Source: a virus. Taken from it: a DNA stretch of 38,938 bases. Below the pieces are notes generated by a model. That model had not been told where the DNA came from and searched no databases. It saw only the letters and a program-made list of their open reading frames with translations. Position 1 is the stretch's first letter, and the number at the start of each line of letters is the position of its first letter. Below, one piece after another: positions 1 through 9,459 of this stretch. The DNA lies in the UHGV virus genome UHGV-0003687, one strand, 5' to 3'. The translations under genes and the position numbers were made by a program.

Positions 1-43
1 ATATTAAGTAGCGTAGCACAGGTGATGAACCGGAGCTTGTCTA

Positions 44-1012
44 TTACGCTGCCATGCAGGCTCTTGTTGCTGGGCCACACTTGCCGTCAACGGTAAGCTC
101 ATGCTGCTTCTGGTAAGCATGCAGTGCCCGATCGGAGGCGGGGCCAAAGCTGCCGTCGATATCAATATCGTAGCCAGCCTCCACCAGCTCCCACTGCACC
201 CACTTGACATCATCGCCTTTCAGCGTGGGTTTGCCCTTGGTGTACTTAATGGTACGTTTTGGCACCGGATAAGGATTGACGCGCCGCTCTACGGTGCTCA
301 CACCATCCAGATAAGTACAATACTTTTCGTGGCAGTTAACCCAACCTGCGCCGGATAACAGCTTGCCCCAGGAGCCGGACATCTCCGTCATGGTATATGA
401 ACCGTGATCCTGTATCACTCCGCACCTGGTGTAACCTACGCCGGGGCCTGTCCGGATGTTGAGATCATCGACGTTGACCTTATACATGCCCGGCTTATAT
501 GCAGCCCCAGAAGTGCTTGGGGTCTTGCCGGAGATCTGTGCCTTGAAATCTTCCCAGAGTGCCGGGTTGTCCATCATCTTACGGGGACAATACTTGCCCT
601 TGGCATCGTAGTGCCGGATCACACGGTCTGCCGGGATCCCAGTGGTCTGGATGAGGTACTTAACAAGCTCGATGGCGTTCGCCCGCGCCACATTGTAATC
701 CCCATCCTCATTTACACAGATTTCGATGTTGATGGAGTTGCAGTTATTGGCATCGCGGACCGCGTGATTCCCGCCGTATTCTCTGCCAATGGAGTATGTA
801 CCGTCGCAATGCTCTGCGGCCTGGTACACGCCATCAGAGCCACTATAATAATGCACCGATGTGCTCAGATGTCCCTTATACTGCGCGATCGCATGCGTAC
901 GCGCTCCGGCCGTCGCCCGGTAGTTGTCCGTCTCATGCACGACGATATACTTCGGGTTGTTCTGGCCGGAGTAGGTATTTTCTTTCGAAATATAATCTCT
1001 GTTGATGTTCAT
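44..1012 (-). CDS. Endolysin: N-acetylmuramoyl-L-alanine amidase (Amidase_2/PGRP-like) with SH3-like and PG_binding_1 C-terminal domains
   Basis: 322 aa. The N-terminus has the amidase_2 pattern (YIVVHETDN...H..C Zn ligands). The middle region is SH3_3-like (NIRTGPGVGY). The C-terminus carries a peptidoglycan-binding repeat (DGSFGPASDRALHAYQ). It is the last gene of the late operon, next to the holin. Confidence 0.85.
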   Translation of the reverse strand: MNINRDYISKENTYSGQNNPKYIVVHETDNYRATAGARTHAIAQYKGHLSTSVHYYSGSDGVYQAAEHCDGTYSIGREYGGNHAVRDANNCNSINIEICVNEDGDYNVARANAIELVKYLIQTTGIPADRVIRHYDAKGKYCPRKMMDNPALWEDFKAQISGKTPSTSGAAYKPGMYKVNVDDLNIRTGPGVGYTRCGVIQDHGSYTMTEMSGSWGKLLSGAGWVNCHEKYCTYLDGVSTVERRVNPYPVPKRTIKYTKGKPTLKGDDVKWVQWELVEAGYDIDIDGSFGPASDRALHAYQKQHELTVDGKCGPATRACMAA

Positions 1013-1016
1013 GGTC

Positions 1017-1319
1017 TTAGTCCTCCTCTATACGGTCAATTCCGTATTCTTTGGCACATTCATGCTCAATCCTACATCCCCTTGCGTCCTTCCAACCTGC
1101 GGCAAAATATGTCACATCAGCAGTAGACAGCAGTTCAAGAGATTTTCCCAAAAACCACAGCGGCTTTGCGTCAGCGGGCGCGCTCTGAAAGAAGGAATCA
1201 ATCACTTCTACTGGTTCGCCCACCTGCTTTTCCGCTATCTCGATGGCTCTCTTACGCTCTGCAAGGATTTCCTCGTCGGTCTTTCCCCTCATTGGCTGCG
1301 AAATAAACAGTTTCTTCAT
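1017..1319 (-). CDS. DUF4406-like small protein (nucleoside 2-deoxyribosyltransferase-like fold), embedded in the lysis cassette
   Basis: 100 aa. Shows an N-terminal 'ISQPMRG' nucleotide-binding-like motif and a C-terminal 'GWKDARGCRIEHECA' motif matching DUF4406 signatures. Paralogous to ORF 30437..30736. Confidence 0.5.
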   Translation of the reverse strand: MKKLFISQPMRGKTDEEILAERKRAIEIAEKQVGEPVEVIDSFFQSAPADAKPLWFLGKSLELLSTADVTYFAAGWKDARGCRIEHECAKEYGIDRIEED

Positions 1320-1323
1320 AGTC

Positions 1324-1812
1324 TTATTTCTCGCTTTCCTCTATCTCTTCATCTTCTACATTATCTCCGTCTTCGCCCGCCATCTTGCTGACATGTGACT
1401 TGATATTTTTCGTGAGTGGCAACAGGAAAGACGGGATCGGCACTCCAATGTCCTTAATGTTTTCCAGTATGCTGATGATCTCGTTACAAATAATCCAGAT
1501 CGCCACCACGCCCGCCACCAGGAAGGAAAACGGGATCTTAAAGCCAACTGTAGTTGACGCATATAGTAATAACTGGTCGATCACTGCTCCTACGGCCACC
1601 AGGAGCCACATGGACACCTTTTTGATGATACCGCGCAATCCCTTATAGGAATTGATGTGCTGGCTCCGGTATTTGGCCGCCGCCAGGCCGGTGCCGTAGT
1701 CGATGATGTTGCAGGCCACCATAAGCAACACAGGAATGGCCAGTGCGCCGAAGATGGAGGTAAGGAACCCCATAACGGCTGTGATGATTGTTTGGATGAT
1801 TGTTTTTTTCAT
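1324..1812 (-). CDS. Phage holin (multi-TM) with acidic C-terminal tail
   Basis: Three or four hydrophobic segments and a charged C-terminus (DGDNVEDEEIEESEK). Start taken as ATG at 1812 (MKKTIIQ...), preceded by GAAAGGAAG; the track's longer ORF reaches 1851. Sits next to the endolysin. Confidence 0.7.
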   Translation of the reverse strand: MKKTIIQTIITAVMGFLTSIFGALAIPVLLMVACNIIDYGTGLAAAKYRSQHINSYKGLRGIIKKVSMWLLVAVGAVIDQLLLYASTTVGFKIPFSFLVAGVVAIWIICNEIISILENIKDIGVPIPSFLLPLTKNIKSHVSKMAGEDGDNVEDEEIEESEK

Positions 1813-1850
1813 GGTTTTTTCTTCCTTTCTTGGATAAAATTTATTTAGCA

Positions 1851-1877
1851 AAGAGCCCGGCCGATAGCTTGGCTCTT
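1851..1877 (-). terminator. Weak hairpin (AAGAGCC...GGCTCTT) between the tail-fibre gene and the lysis cassette; possible attenuator
   Basis: 7-bp stem with a long loop, followed on the minus strand by an A/U-rich tract. Confidence 0.25.
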
Positions 1878-1886
1878 AGGCTCCTG

Positions 1887-3653
1887 TTATGCGATCTCCG
1901 TTGTCTTAAGCGTGCCACTGTCGTCAACTGTGATTTTGAACCGCTTGCTACTTCCGGCAGTGGAGGATTTGAGGATTATTGCCGTGGCTTCCACATTGCC
2001 TGCAAACCAGCCATTACCCAACCAGTCCAGGGTATAAATATTACGTAGATGCTTTAGATCAACACCATTGCCAACAATGTAAGCGTATTTATTTTCTGTA
2101 TCTGGTATGTTGAATCGGCCGTGGACAAACTGACAATTTGCATTTGCAGTGGTATAAGCACCAGTTGATAAAGCACACTCACCATTTGATTGCGTATGCC
2201 TGCCGAATGATGTTGCATCCTTTTTTGTCGCTTTCGTTGCCTCTCCAAATGATGTTGCATTGTCGGCGCTAGCCTCGTTGTCTCTACCCCAAGCAGTTGC
2301 CCGATTACCACTGGCAGTATTTCTAACTCCCCATGCAGTAGCCCTATCATTGGTTGCTTGGTTACCATATCCCCACGCAGTAGCACCCGCGTGAGTTGCT
2401 TTATTACCGTCGGACCCCCATACTTTGGCAAATTTTCCGTCAGCAACGTTTCCAGCACCGTCAGCACTTGCGTAATCACCATTCGCTTTATTTCCTTTGC
2501 CGCCAACGCTTGCACAATAGCCATTCGCTTCATTTCCTCTGCCACTTGCGAATGCTATATCTCCGTTCACATTATTGTAGTGGCCGATACCTGCTGCATA
2601 TTCTCCGTTGACTTTGTTACCTCGTCCACTCGCGAAACCACAATACCCAACTTCGTTATCCCTCCCGGCAGCAGCTCCTCCGTCTCCATCTGCAATATTG
2701 TTTCGTCCGCTTGTAAAAGCACCCCTACCTATTGATTTATTATCTTCACCACACGCAAATTGGCATCCTTTTTCTGGTATCGCATCGCCTTCATCCAAGC
2801 AATTAAGGTTAGAGAAATATCCACCAACAAAATTAATATCTGTTAATGTTCGATCTATAACACTTCTATATTTGAACTCCAAGCCAGAATTATCCTTAAT
2901 TCCGATTGAATGGTCGGAATTGAGGCCAGTAAGATCTGCTACCTCGAACCGATTATATAAGTGATAATCTCCATCAAAAGATAACAAATCTCCTACTTTC
3001 CAATTAATAGGTGGATTTCCATCAAAGATAACATTTGCACAGTTCGGGTCTGAATAAACAGACGCAGGACCTATCCAAATCCCTTTGATTTTATATCCTT
3101 TACAGCCTGCTATATTGTCCTTACCTATTGCAGCACTACTTTCACCAACTGCGCTTCCATCTGTTCTTCCCATGCTCATGCTCCCCGTAAACACCGGGTC
3201 GGCTATGTTGGCTTTCTTGGCGTCCAAGGTTTCGTAGTTGTCATTCTCCAGCTTTTCCATCTTCTCCATGTACTCGTCCATAAAATTGCTCCGATTTTCG
3301 GATTCCGGCACTTCCCCAGGCACCTTGTTGGGACTTACATCCAACTCCTGGCTAAAGGTGATGAGCGTCTTATCCCCAAGCTTCACTGCGGCCTGGATCT
3401 GGCTTGTCCCGATCTCGTCAAACATGGTGCTCTTGACATCGATCAGGATCCCGTTGTCCTCGATGGTGGCCGTGTCATACTCACCCTTGCCGGACGGTTT
3501 AAGCACGTATACCCGCGCGGTTGCGTTCTCTGGGATGTCATAGTCCATAAGCGTCAGCATGATAGGTACTGCACTCGCTCCCTGGACATACTCGATCACC
3601 CTCGGTTCTCGGTTCTTTAATATGTAGATTTTGCGTTCAATTCTATTCGCCAT
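1887..3653 (-). CDS. Tail fibre / receptor-binding protein: BppU-like N-terminal domain followed by degenerate Gly/Asn-rich ~14-aa repeats
   Basis: 588 aa. N-terminal region (MANRIERKIYILKN...VYVLKPSG) resembles the baseplate upper protein N-domain. The central region has tandem repeats (xASGRGNxANGxxA / ATAWGxxN). Last structural gene before lysis. Confidence 0.6.
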   Translation of the reverse strand: MANRIERKIYILKNREPRVIEYVQGASAVPIMLTLMDYDIPENATARVYVLKPSGKGEYDTATIEDNGILIDVKSTMFDEIGTSQIQAAVKLGDKTLITFSQELDVSPNKVPGEVPESENRSNFMDEYMEKMEKLENDNYETLDAKKANIADPVFTGSMSMGRTDGSAVGESSAAIGKDNIAGCKGYKIKGIWIGPASVYSDPNCANVIFDGNPPINWKVGDLLSFDGDYHLYNRFEVADLTGLNSDHSIGIKDNSGLEFKYRSVIDRTLTDINFVGGYFSNLNCLDEGDAIPEKGCQFACGEDNKSIGRGAFTSGRNNIADGDGGAAAGRDNEVGYCGFASGRGNKVNGEYAAGIGHYNNVNGDIAFASGRGNEANGYCASVGGKGNKANGDYASADGAGNVADGKFAKVWGSDGNKATHAGATAWGYGNQATNDRATAWGVRNTASGNRATAWGRDNEASADNATSFGEATKATKKDATSFGRHTQSNGECALSTGAYTTANANCQFVHGRFNIPDTENKYAYIVGNGVDLKHLRNIYTLDWLGNGWFAGNVEATAIILKSSTAGSSKRFKITVDDSGTLKTTEIA

Positions 3654-4011
3654 CCTCTACTCCTTTCTGCGCTTCCAGCGCATTGATTTCTTCCCGCCAT
3701 GCCTTGCGGTTGGCTATCACATCTGCATATTCCTCTGCGGTTGCCACTCCTTCCGCGATTTTTATAACCACATAATCGGTATCAGTAAGCTTCCGCTTCA
3801 GATCATCAATGCGCCGCTCCGTCAATATTTCATCCGGGATCCGTTCATAGATCCGGACTGTCTCGTAATCCTCGTCCGCATACGCAAACTTGGTTACATT
3901 GTCCACAGGCTCTGCGTCCGGCCGGATGATTTTTGTCGGATACATACGGCCTTTCGCCAGATCCACCTCGGATTCCGCTATCTCTTCGTACCGTGTATTT
4001 AGTATTCTCAT
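3643..4011 (-). CDS. Hypothetical phage protein (acidic, 122 aa) between tail genes
   Basis: Intact ORF tightly packed between the tail genes on the same strand. Confidence 0.45.
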   Translation of the reverse strand: MRILNTRYEEIAESEVDLAKGRMYPTKIIRPDAEPVDNVTKFAYADEDYETVRIYERIPDEILTERRIDDLKRKLTDTDYVVIKIAEGVATAEEYADVIANRKAWREEINALEAQKGVEDGE

Positions 4012-4012
4012 A

Positions 4013-6238
4013 TTATTTCCACCTCCCGATTGCTACCAGCGTAAAGAATGGATGCCCGATAGTTGTCTGGGTACCTCGCGACGTGCCAAGCTGTGGCGGC
4101 TGCGTTGTGGTGCCTGCACTGGTCATTAATATAAGTTGGGAGCCATTGAAGGCGGCGCTATCGGTGTTTGCTCTCGCTGGTATGCATACTGGTGGTTCCG
4201 CGAAGGGAAACGGATACGCGGAAAAGTTAACATCCGGGCCATAATACAGACCGCCATTTCCCCACGCTGTGCCGCCCTCAAAGTTTCCATTCTGGATGGG
4301 GGCATGTATGCAAACCGCCAACCCGCTGCACCACTTCCAATATGTCCAGTTCCCGCTGGTTCCACGGGCGTATACGTAATCCGTCATAAGACTGTTGGAA
4401 TCAACATTCCCAAGGGACAGCTTGCTCAATTCAATGCTCCCATTGGCCAGGCTCATACAGAACGGCCTAAGAGCGTTAAAAGCACCGTATGGATCGTCTT
4501 TGTTGGTTACGAGCGTCCAGAGGTAATTTCCATCATTTCGAAGTATCGCTCCGTAGCCGCCGCGTACCAGCCTTGTCCCAGACAAATCCGTAATCGGAAT
4601 GCCCATCCAGTCTCCCCACGCCCCTTCATAGTAATGCCGCTCATATACCCGGGACTTTCCTTTCTCGCAAAGCGTCAGCCGCTGGGTCAGCGACTTGCCC
4701 TCTGTTTCGTCTGGATTTGCACCCATGACTTCCAGCGTGAACCGCCCCGTTGTTATCGGGCAGTTCGAATATCCCGCCGTTGACGCCTCAAGACCAGTGT
4801 ATGTGTTGGGTGTCAGAACTTCGTCAAGGTCTGTTTCCGCCGCGATCTCCGGCTGAAGGATGCCGCCCTCGAACCGTGTCTTGAAAGCGATATCGAAAAC
4901 CCCTTCCAGTTCAGCGATCTTCCCTACCGCCATTCCAAGACCTTTATGCAGCCACGACCACAACTTGGAGACCGTCGCGCCAACCGCCCGCTTGTACGTG
5001 CTGCCGTACTTCTCTGCAAAACCATCTGCGATATAGAGGGTGATCTCATAGCTCTTGGTCTGATCTGCCGGAATGACGTATACCGTGTCTGTATGTTCGT
5101 AGGTGTTGGCATAGTCCGTCAATTCAACCGGCTCACCAGCCGTATCACCCTTTTTGTGGTATTCCAGCTTATAGGTTGCCGTGTTCTTGTTGTCCAACGC
5201 CGTGACCTTGGACGAGAACGTGACCGCCAGATGACTGCCGCTGGAACTTGGTGTCCCGTCCGCACTGCAACGCTTCGCAGTCAATGCGCTTATGGTCGGT
5301 GCAGTGTATGGGTAGACCGGGATAACCACGCTTGCGCTCCCGGTACGTCCCCGGCTGTCCGTGACGGTAGTGGTGACAGCAATCGCACTCCCGGACGTGA
5401 TAAGGTCGGACGTGATCTCCTGCCCGGAATACGTCTTTCCGTCCACGACGGTGCTGTAGCCCCGTATGGTGGATCCGCTGACACCCGATGCGGCTGCAGA
5501 GACCTTCACGGCTGACCGCCCCTGGATGTACTTTCCGAAGGTGCCCGCGTATCCGTTCACGTCTGCCACCGTAATGCTCACTGTCGGCACAAATTCATTG
5601 CTAAGCTGCATTTCAAACGATACGGTTGCGTTCCCAATGTTCGTGCCGCCGTTGAATGTGTACAGCCGGATATACCCGCTGGCTCTGCCGGTATTCGGCA
5701 TCTGCTCGGCCAACGAATGTGGAAAATACCAGTCGTAATAATCCGTGACGCCACTCGCCAGCCCTGTCTCCGCGCTACCGTTAAACGAATAGTAGACGTG
5801 GTGTGTGAAGCCGGATTTCCTGTTGGTGTAGATCCGCATAAAGTTGCTGTCTGCTTTGGTGATCGTAAACAGCGACGCATTCAACGTTGGCTGGCTGACC
5901 CGCGGAATGGCGGGCAGATCAAGGGATCCGCTCCCGGTACACCAGCCATCATCATAGTTATAGCTGGCTTCTATCCGGCCAGAGGATCCATCGGCATTGT
6001 GTGATACCGTCAAAGAGATGGAAAACAACATCGTTGTTGAATTCTTGGCTGCGCCGGACGTAAAGGAATCGCTGTAGATCGCTGTCCCGCCCTGCGTAAC
6101 CGCAAGGACGCCAGTCCGCTGATTACCACGCCAGGAATCGCCGCTGGTCGTTATATAACCCGTAACGGTGATATCCGATGTATTGTTGTCAATGCTGTAC
6201 CCGGTACGGGATATACTGATACTACCTGTTTTTGCCAT
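4013..6238 (-). CDS. Tail / host-specificity protein (DUF859-like N-terminal domain, siphovirus)
   Basis: 741 aa, Ser/Thr/Gly-rich beta-protein. N-terminus (ISISRTGYSIDNNTSDITVTGYITTSGDSWRGNQRTG...) resembles the DUF859 family found in Firmicutes prophage tail tips. Position is downstream of the baseplate genes. Confidence 0.55.
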   Translation of the reverse strand: MAKTGSISISRTGYSIDNNTSDITVTGYITTSGDSWRGNQRTGVLAVTQGGTAIYSDSFTSGAAKNSTTMLFSISLTVSHNADGSSGRIEASYNYDDGWCTGSGSLDLPAIPRVSQPTLNASLFTITKADSNFMRIYTNRKSGFTHHVYYSFNGSAETGLASGVTDYYDWYFPHSLAEQMPNTGRASGYIRLYTFNGGTNIGNATVSFEMQLSNEFVPTVSITVADVNGYAGTFGKYIQGRSAVKVSAAASGVSGSTIRGYSTVVDGKTYSGQEITSDLITSGSAIAVTTTVTDSRGRTGSASVVIPVYPYTAPTISALTAKRCSADGTPSSSGSHLAVTFSSKVTALDNKNTATYKLEYHKKGDTAGEPVELTDYANTYEHTDTVYVIPADQTKSYEITLYIADGFAEKYGSTYKRAVGATVSKLWSWLHKGLGMAVGKIAELEGVFDIAFKTRFEGGILQPEIAAETDLDEVLTPNTYTGLEASTAGYSNCPITTGRFTLEVMGANPDETEGKSLTQRLTLCEKGKSRVYERHYYEGAWGDWMGIPITDLSGTRLVRGGYGAILRNDGNYLWTLVTNKDDPYGAFNALRPFCMSLANGSIELSKLSLGNVDSNSLMTDYVYARGTSGNWTYWKWCSGLAVCIHAPIQNGNFEGGTAWGNGGLYYGPDVNFSAYPFPFAEPPVCIPARANTDSAAFNGSQLILMTSAGTTTQPPQLGTSRGTQTTIGHPFFTLVAIGRWK

Positions 6239-6242
6239 GCTA

Positions 6243-8678
6243 TCACTCTCCTACATATCCACAATTTACGTTTCCATCCGCATCCTGGTCGATCATATAC
6301 CCAAGCAACTCAAAGGCCTTGGTGACCGTCAGCTGCTGGATGTATGACCAGCCGTCTGCAGTAAGCCACAAACCTTCTGTGTCGTCCACCATCATGCTGT
6401 AGCGGTTATCGCTGATGACTGTCTTAAATTTGCCGCCTGGTGTCGCAATAACCAATCCGTCCGTGCCAAACTCAAAGTATTTCGTAATGGTGTTGATCTG
6501 GTCTTGCAAGCCGGTCTGCGTGGCACTAATTGATACTTCAAGTCCCTCTGCCGTTTGTTTGATTGACGAAGAAACGTCCTTCTGGAACTCCCCGAACTCA
6601 TCCTTGCTTGTATAGCTTGCTGACACCTCACTGCGGATCTCCGATACGGTCTGGTCGATTCTGGAATATATGGTGTCCATGTTCTTGCTGTCAGCGTCCG
6701 TCATGGCTTCCTGCAAATCGTCCACCGCGGTATCAATATCCTGCTGCCATACCTTACTGGTTATGCTCCCTTGTACGGCACTGATCTGCGTCCCCTGTGA
6801 GGTAACCGTCTCCCCCAGATTTGTGACCGTGGTGTTGAGGGTATTGAACAGAATATCCAATGTCTGGCTCTCCCCATCGACCAGTATCTTGCTTCCCTTG
6901 ATGGTGCTTGTGCCGTTGTTTATCTCCGTCACAAGGCTTTCCAGGTTGATCTTTTTTCCGTCAATGTTGGCGGTATCGGACACCATATCATCCCGGATGA
7001 TTGCCCGCTGTATACCGTCCGCTGTAAGCCCCAGAGCGTCAAACATCAGCTTCCCGGTCGCGTCCCAGATATACATGTTATAATCATCCTGTGCGTCCTT
7101 CCCCAGCTGCACGCGTACCCGCGTTCCATCGGAAAACTGCATGGTGTTGTCAGACAGAAGCGTGTTGCCACTGTCAGAGATGATTCGGAACTTATTCGTG
7201 GAAATATCCCCGGCCAAAACCTTTGCAACGGACAAGTTCTCGATCATAGCGTCCTTGATCGTGCCTGTCCCCACAAGGCTGACAACCGAGTTTGCAAACT
7301 CTGTGGTGATGGTCTTGCCCGTGGCAGACCCGAACATCAGCGTATCGATATCGGCCACATTTGCCCGAAGGGTTTCAAAATCGCCCTCCTTGAAATCCGC
7401 GAAGTCACCTTCCACCTTACCGACCTTTAGGTTGGTCGCGTTCAACTGTTCAATGGTGGCGTAGTGCGCTTCCAGATAGTCCGTAGTGACCGTTTTCGCT
7501 TCAAGGGTATCAATCTTCGCGTCTACCGCCGTAAGTTGCTTTATGGTCGCGTAATTCGCTTCCAGATAGTCCGTGCTGACCTTATCGGCCACCACGCTCT
7601 TCACCAGAAACAGTTCTGTGTACACCCGATCAAGCGCTGTTGCCGTGGGCCCTTTTGGCAGGTTTTCCTCAACCGCTGTCTTTCCGCTGCTCTTAACCGT
7701 TGTGGTAACACCACCGTCAAACTCCTGCGTAAGGCTCATGACTGGTATCTTGACCGTGGTCTTATCTCTCTTTTTTACAGAGATGATATCGCCCAGACCC
7801 AGCCGGATATCCCCGAAGAAGGAACAACTGGCCGGAAGATACTCCATGCCGCCGATCTCTTCGTATACATCATCCAGTATGGCCTGCGTCATGACAGGGT
7901 TTTCAATGGTGATCCCTGTCGTACCGGTCCCGGCTGTTAAGGCCGTTCCATTGACGTTGCAGGTGATTTTTCCAAGCTTATATGTCAGCTCCGCACATTC
8001 CGGCTCCGCGTATGCACGATTGGTGGAATAGCCGCTCTCCGTGTACCAGCGAAATTCCAACTTTCCAACACGGTTGAACGTGGCAAACTTGCCATACATC
8101 TGCGCCAGATAGCCAACCGCTTCCTGGTATGTATATCCGTCAAAGGGATTTGTTGTCCCTGTGCCATCACCGCCGGTATTCGTCCGCGCCGGGACCATCA
8201 CGCCATCTAGAAGATCTGATATGTTCGCTGTATCAATCCCAGCCTTTGCGGCGATCTCCAGCAGGATCGTCTTACCATCCGCCGGATAGCTGGTGATGTC
8301 CGTAAAATACGGACCCGATAACTTGCTCACCATCCGGTCATAGGCCGTAAACGTGGTGACACCATCCGATTCCTTCGGGGCTTGCGGTGTAAACACGCCC
8401 ATCGGCACCCATTCAAGCTCTCCGGCTGCCATAAGGCCGATATCCAGCCGCCATTCCTTCCCTATGAGCATAGTGGACGGTGTATCCATACTCACTTCGA
8501 TATAGGCCGACACGGTCCCGCCAATGGATATGGTGTCGGCGCTCTTGTTGGCCTGCGCTGTCAGCTTCACGCTCCGAAATCCGGCAATGGTCTCATTCCC
8601 GCACACCATACGCGCCCGGAATGTCCGGCTGTCACCGGCTATGGCGTTGTTAAATGCTGTTGTAGTGCCCTGGTACAT
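6243..8678 (-). CDS. Tail-tip structural protein (phage minor structural protein N-terminal region / Tal-like) with central coiled coil
   Basis: 811 aa. N-terminus is the minor-structural-protein type found in siphovirus baseplates. Has an internal duplicated coiled-coil segment (TDYLEANYATIKQL / TDYLEAHYATIEQL). Lies downstream of the tape measure. Confidence 0.55.
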   Translation of the reverse strand: MYQGTTTAFNNAIAGDSRTFRARMVCGNETIAGFRSVKLTAQANKSADTISIGGTVSAYIEVSMDTPSTMLIGKEWRLDIGLMAAGELEWVPMGVFTPQAPKESDGVTTFTAYDRMVSKLSGPYFTDITSYPADGKTILLEIAAKAGIDTANISDLLDGVMVPARTNTGGDGTGTTNPFDGYTYQEAVGYLAQMYGKFATFNRVGKLEFRWYTESGYSTNRAYAEPECAELTYKLGKITCNVNGTALTAGTGTTGITIENPVMTQAILDDVYEEIGGMEYLPASCSFFGDIRLGLGDIISVKKRDKTTVKIPVMSLTQEFDGGVTTTVKSSGKTAVEENLPKGPTATALDRVYTELFLVKSVVADKVSTDYLEANYATIKQLTAVDAKIDTLEAKTVTTDYLEAHYATIEQLNATNLKVGKVEGDFADFKEGDFETLRANVADIDTLMFGSATGKTITTEFANSVVSLVGTGTIKDAMIENLSVAKVLAGDISTNKFRIISDSGNTLLSDNTMQFSDGTRVRVQLGKDAQDDYNMYIWDATGKLMFDALGLTADGIQRAIIRDDMVSDTANIDGKKINLESLVTEINNGTSTIKGSKILVDGESQTLDILFNTLNTTVTNLGETVTSQGTQISAVQGSITSKVWQQDIDTAVDDLQEAMTDADSKNMDTIYSRIDQTVSEIRSEVSASYTSKDEFGEFQKDVSSSIKQTAEGLEVSISATQTGLQDQINTITKYFEFGTDGLVIATPGGKFKTVISDNRYSMMVDDTEGLWLTADGWSYIQQLTVTKAFELLGYMIDQDADGNVNCGYVGE

Positions 8679-8693
8679 ATCGCACCACCTCCC

Positions 8694-9080
8694 TTACTCC
8701 GTCAGCATGAAATCACAGCTGTAGAGCATGTCCGCGGAGACTGCAAGGCCATCCAGTACAGACACGCTGACCGGATGCACCGGCACTTCCACTTCGATAT
8801 CCAGAAGTTCCTGCATGGATTTCTTCCATTCGTCCTCGCACCCTTCGGCAATCTCGATCTTCCCGCTTGTCTTATAAGTCGGCTTACCATCTGCATCCTT
8901 CACGTTATAGCAGTCAAGCAGTGCATTCCGGGCTTCCTCCAGATCTGCGCCGGCTGCCTGTAAAGCTTTCAAGTTCTTCACCAGGGCGAAGGAAAACTTC
9001 ACCGGGTACTTCTCGCCCTTGCGGATGATCCCCGCCAAGGTGCTACACCTGGTAAGCACTTCGCTATTCTTCATTTTCAT
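8694..9080 (-). CDS. Hypothetical tail-module protein (128 aa)
   Basis: Position between the tape measure and the tail-tip genes. Confidence 0.4.
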   Translation of the reverse strand: MKMKNSEVLTRCSTLAGIIRKGEKYPVKFSFALVKNLKALQAAGADLEEARNALLDCYNVKDADGKPTYKTSGKIEIAEGCEDEWKKSMQELLDIEVEVPVHPVSVSVLDGLAVSADMLYSCDFMLTE

Positions 9081-9093
9081 GGGTTGGTTCCTC

Positions 9094-9456
9094 CTATTTC
9101 TGAATTATGGACGCTGACACGCTCCGATAATAGTAGACGCCATCGCCGATATAACCCATATGCTCCTTTGACAGGCTGCCGCGGTATGTCTGGATAGTAA
9201 GTTCCACTCCGTCATCCCGGAAAGTGATCGGGAAAAAGCCGGATTTTAAATTCGTCTTTATGAGCGCCACGTCTGTTTCCGGCAATATGCCCCACTGGAT
9301 GTCCAACGTCTTTTTTTCTGCAACGATGTCCCCTACCATCTCGCCCGTAATTATACGGCCGGTACTTGCGGACCATATCAATTCATCGTTTACAGACAAG
9401 GAGACCGGGGACGGTAGTTCAACCGCCCCTGCTTTCAATATCGCCATGTTCACCAC
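9094..9456 (-). CDS. Putative distal tail / minor tail protein (120 aa)
   Basis: Immediately downstream of the tape measure, beta-rich; this is the gpM/Dit-like position. Confidence 0.4.
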   Translation of the reverse strand: MVNMAILKAGAVELPSPVSLSVNDELIWSASTGRIITGEMVGDIVAEKKTLDIQWGILPETDVALIKTNLKSGFFPITFRDDGVELTIQTYRGSLSKEHMGYIGDGVYYYRSVSASIIQK

Positions 9457-9459
9457 TCC

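Noticed and set aside
4-213. 69-aa minus ORF overlapping the 3' end of the endolysin.
   Set aside because: It lies out of frame inside the endolysin coding sequence and has no RBS.
404-1126. 240-aa + strand ORF overlapping the endolysin gene.
   Set aside because: It is antisense to a well-supported minus-strand gene. It has no RBS and its composition is Arg/Val/His-rich in the way reverse-frame read-throughs usually are.
2180-2720. Short tandem repeats in the tail-fibre gene that might suggest a CRISPR array.
   Set aside because: The repeats are degenerate, in-frame and coding, with no spacer/repeat alternation. No CRISPR array is present in the window.
4136-4783. 215-aa + strand ORF inside the DUF859-like tail gene.
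   Set aside because: Antisense shadow of a confidently coding minus-strand gene.
8382-8963. 193-aa + strand ORF overlapping the tail-tip gene.
   Set aside because: Antisense shadow of a confidently coding minus-strand gene.
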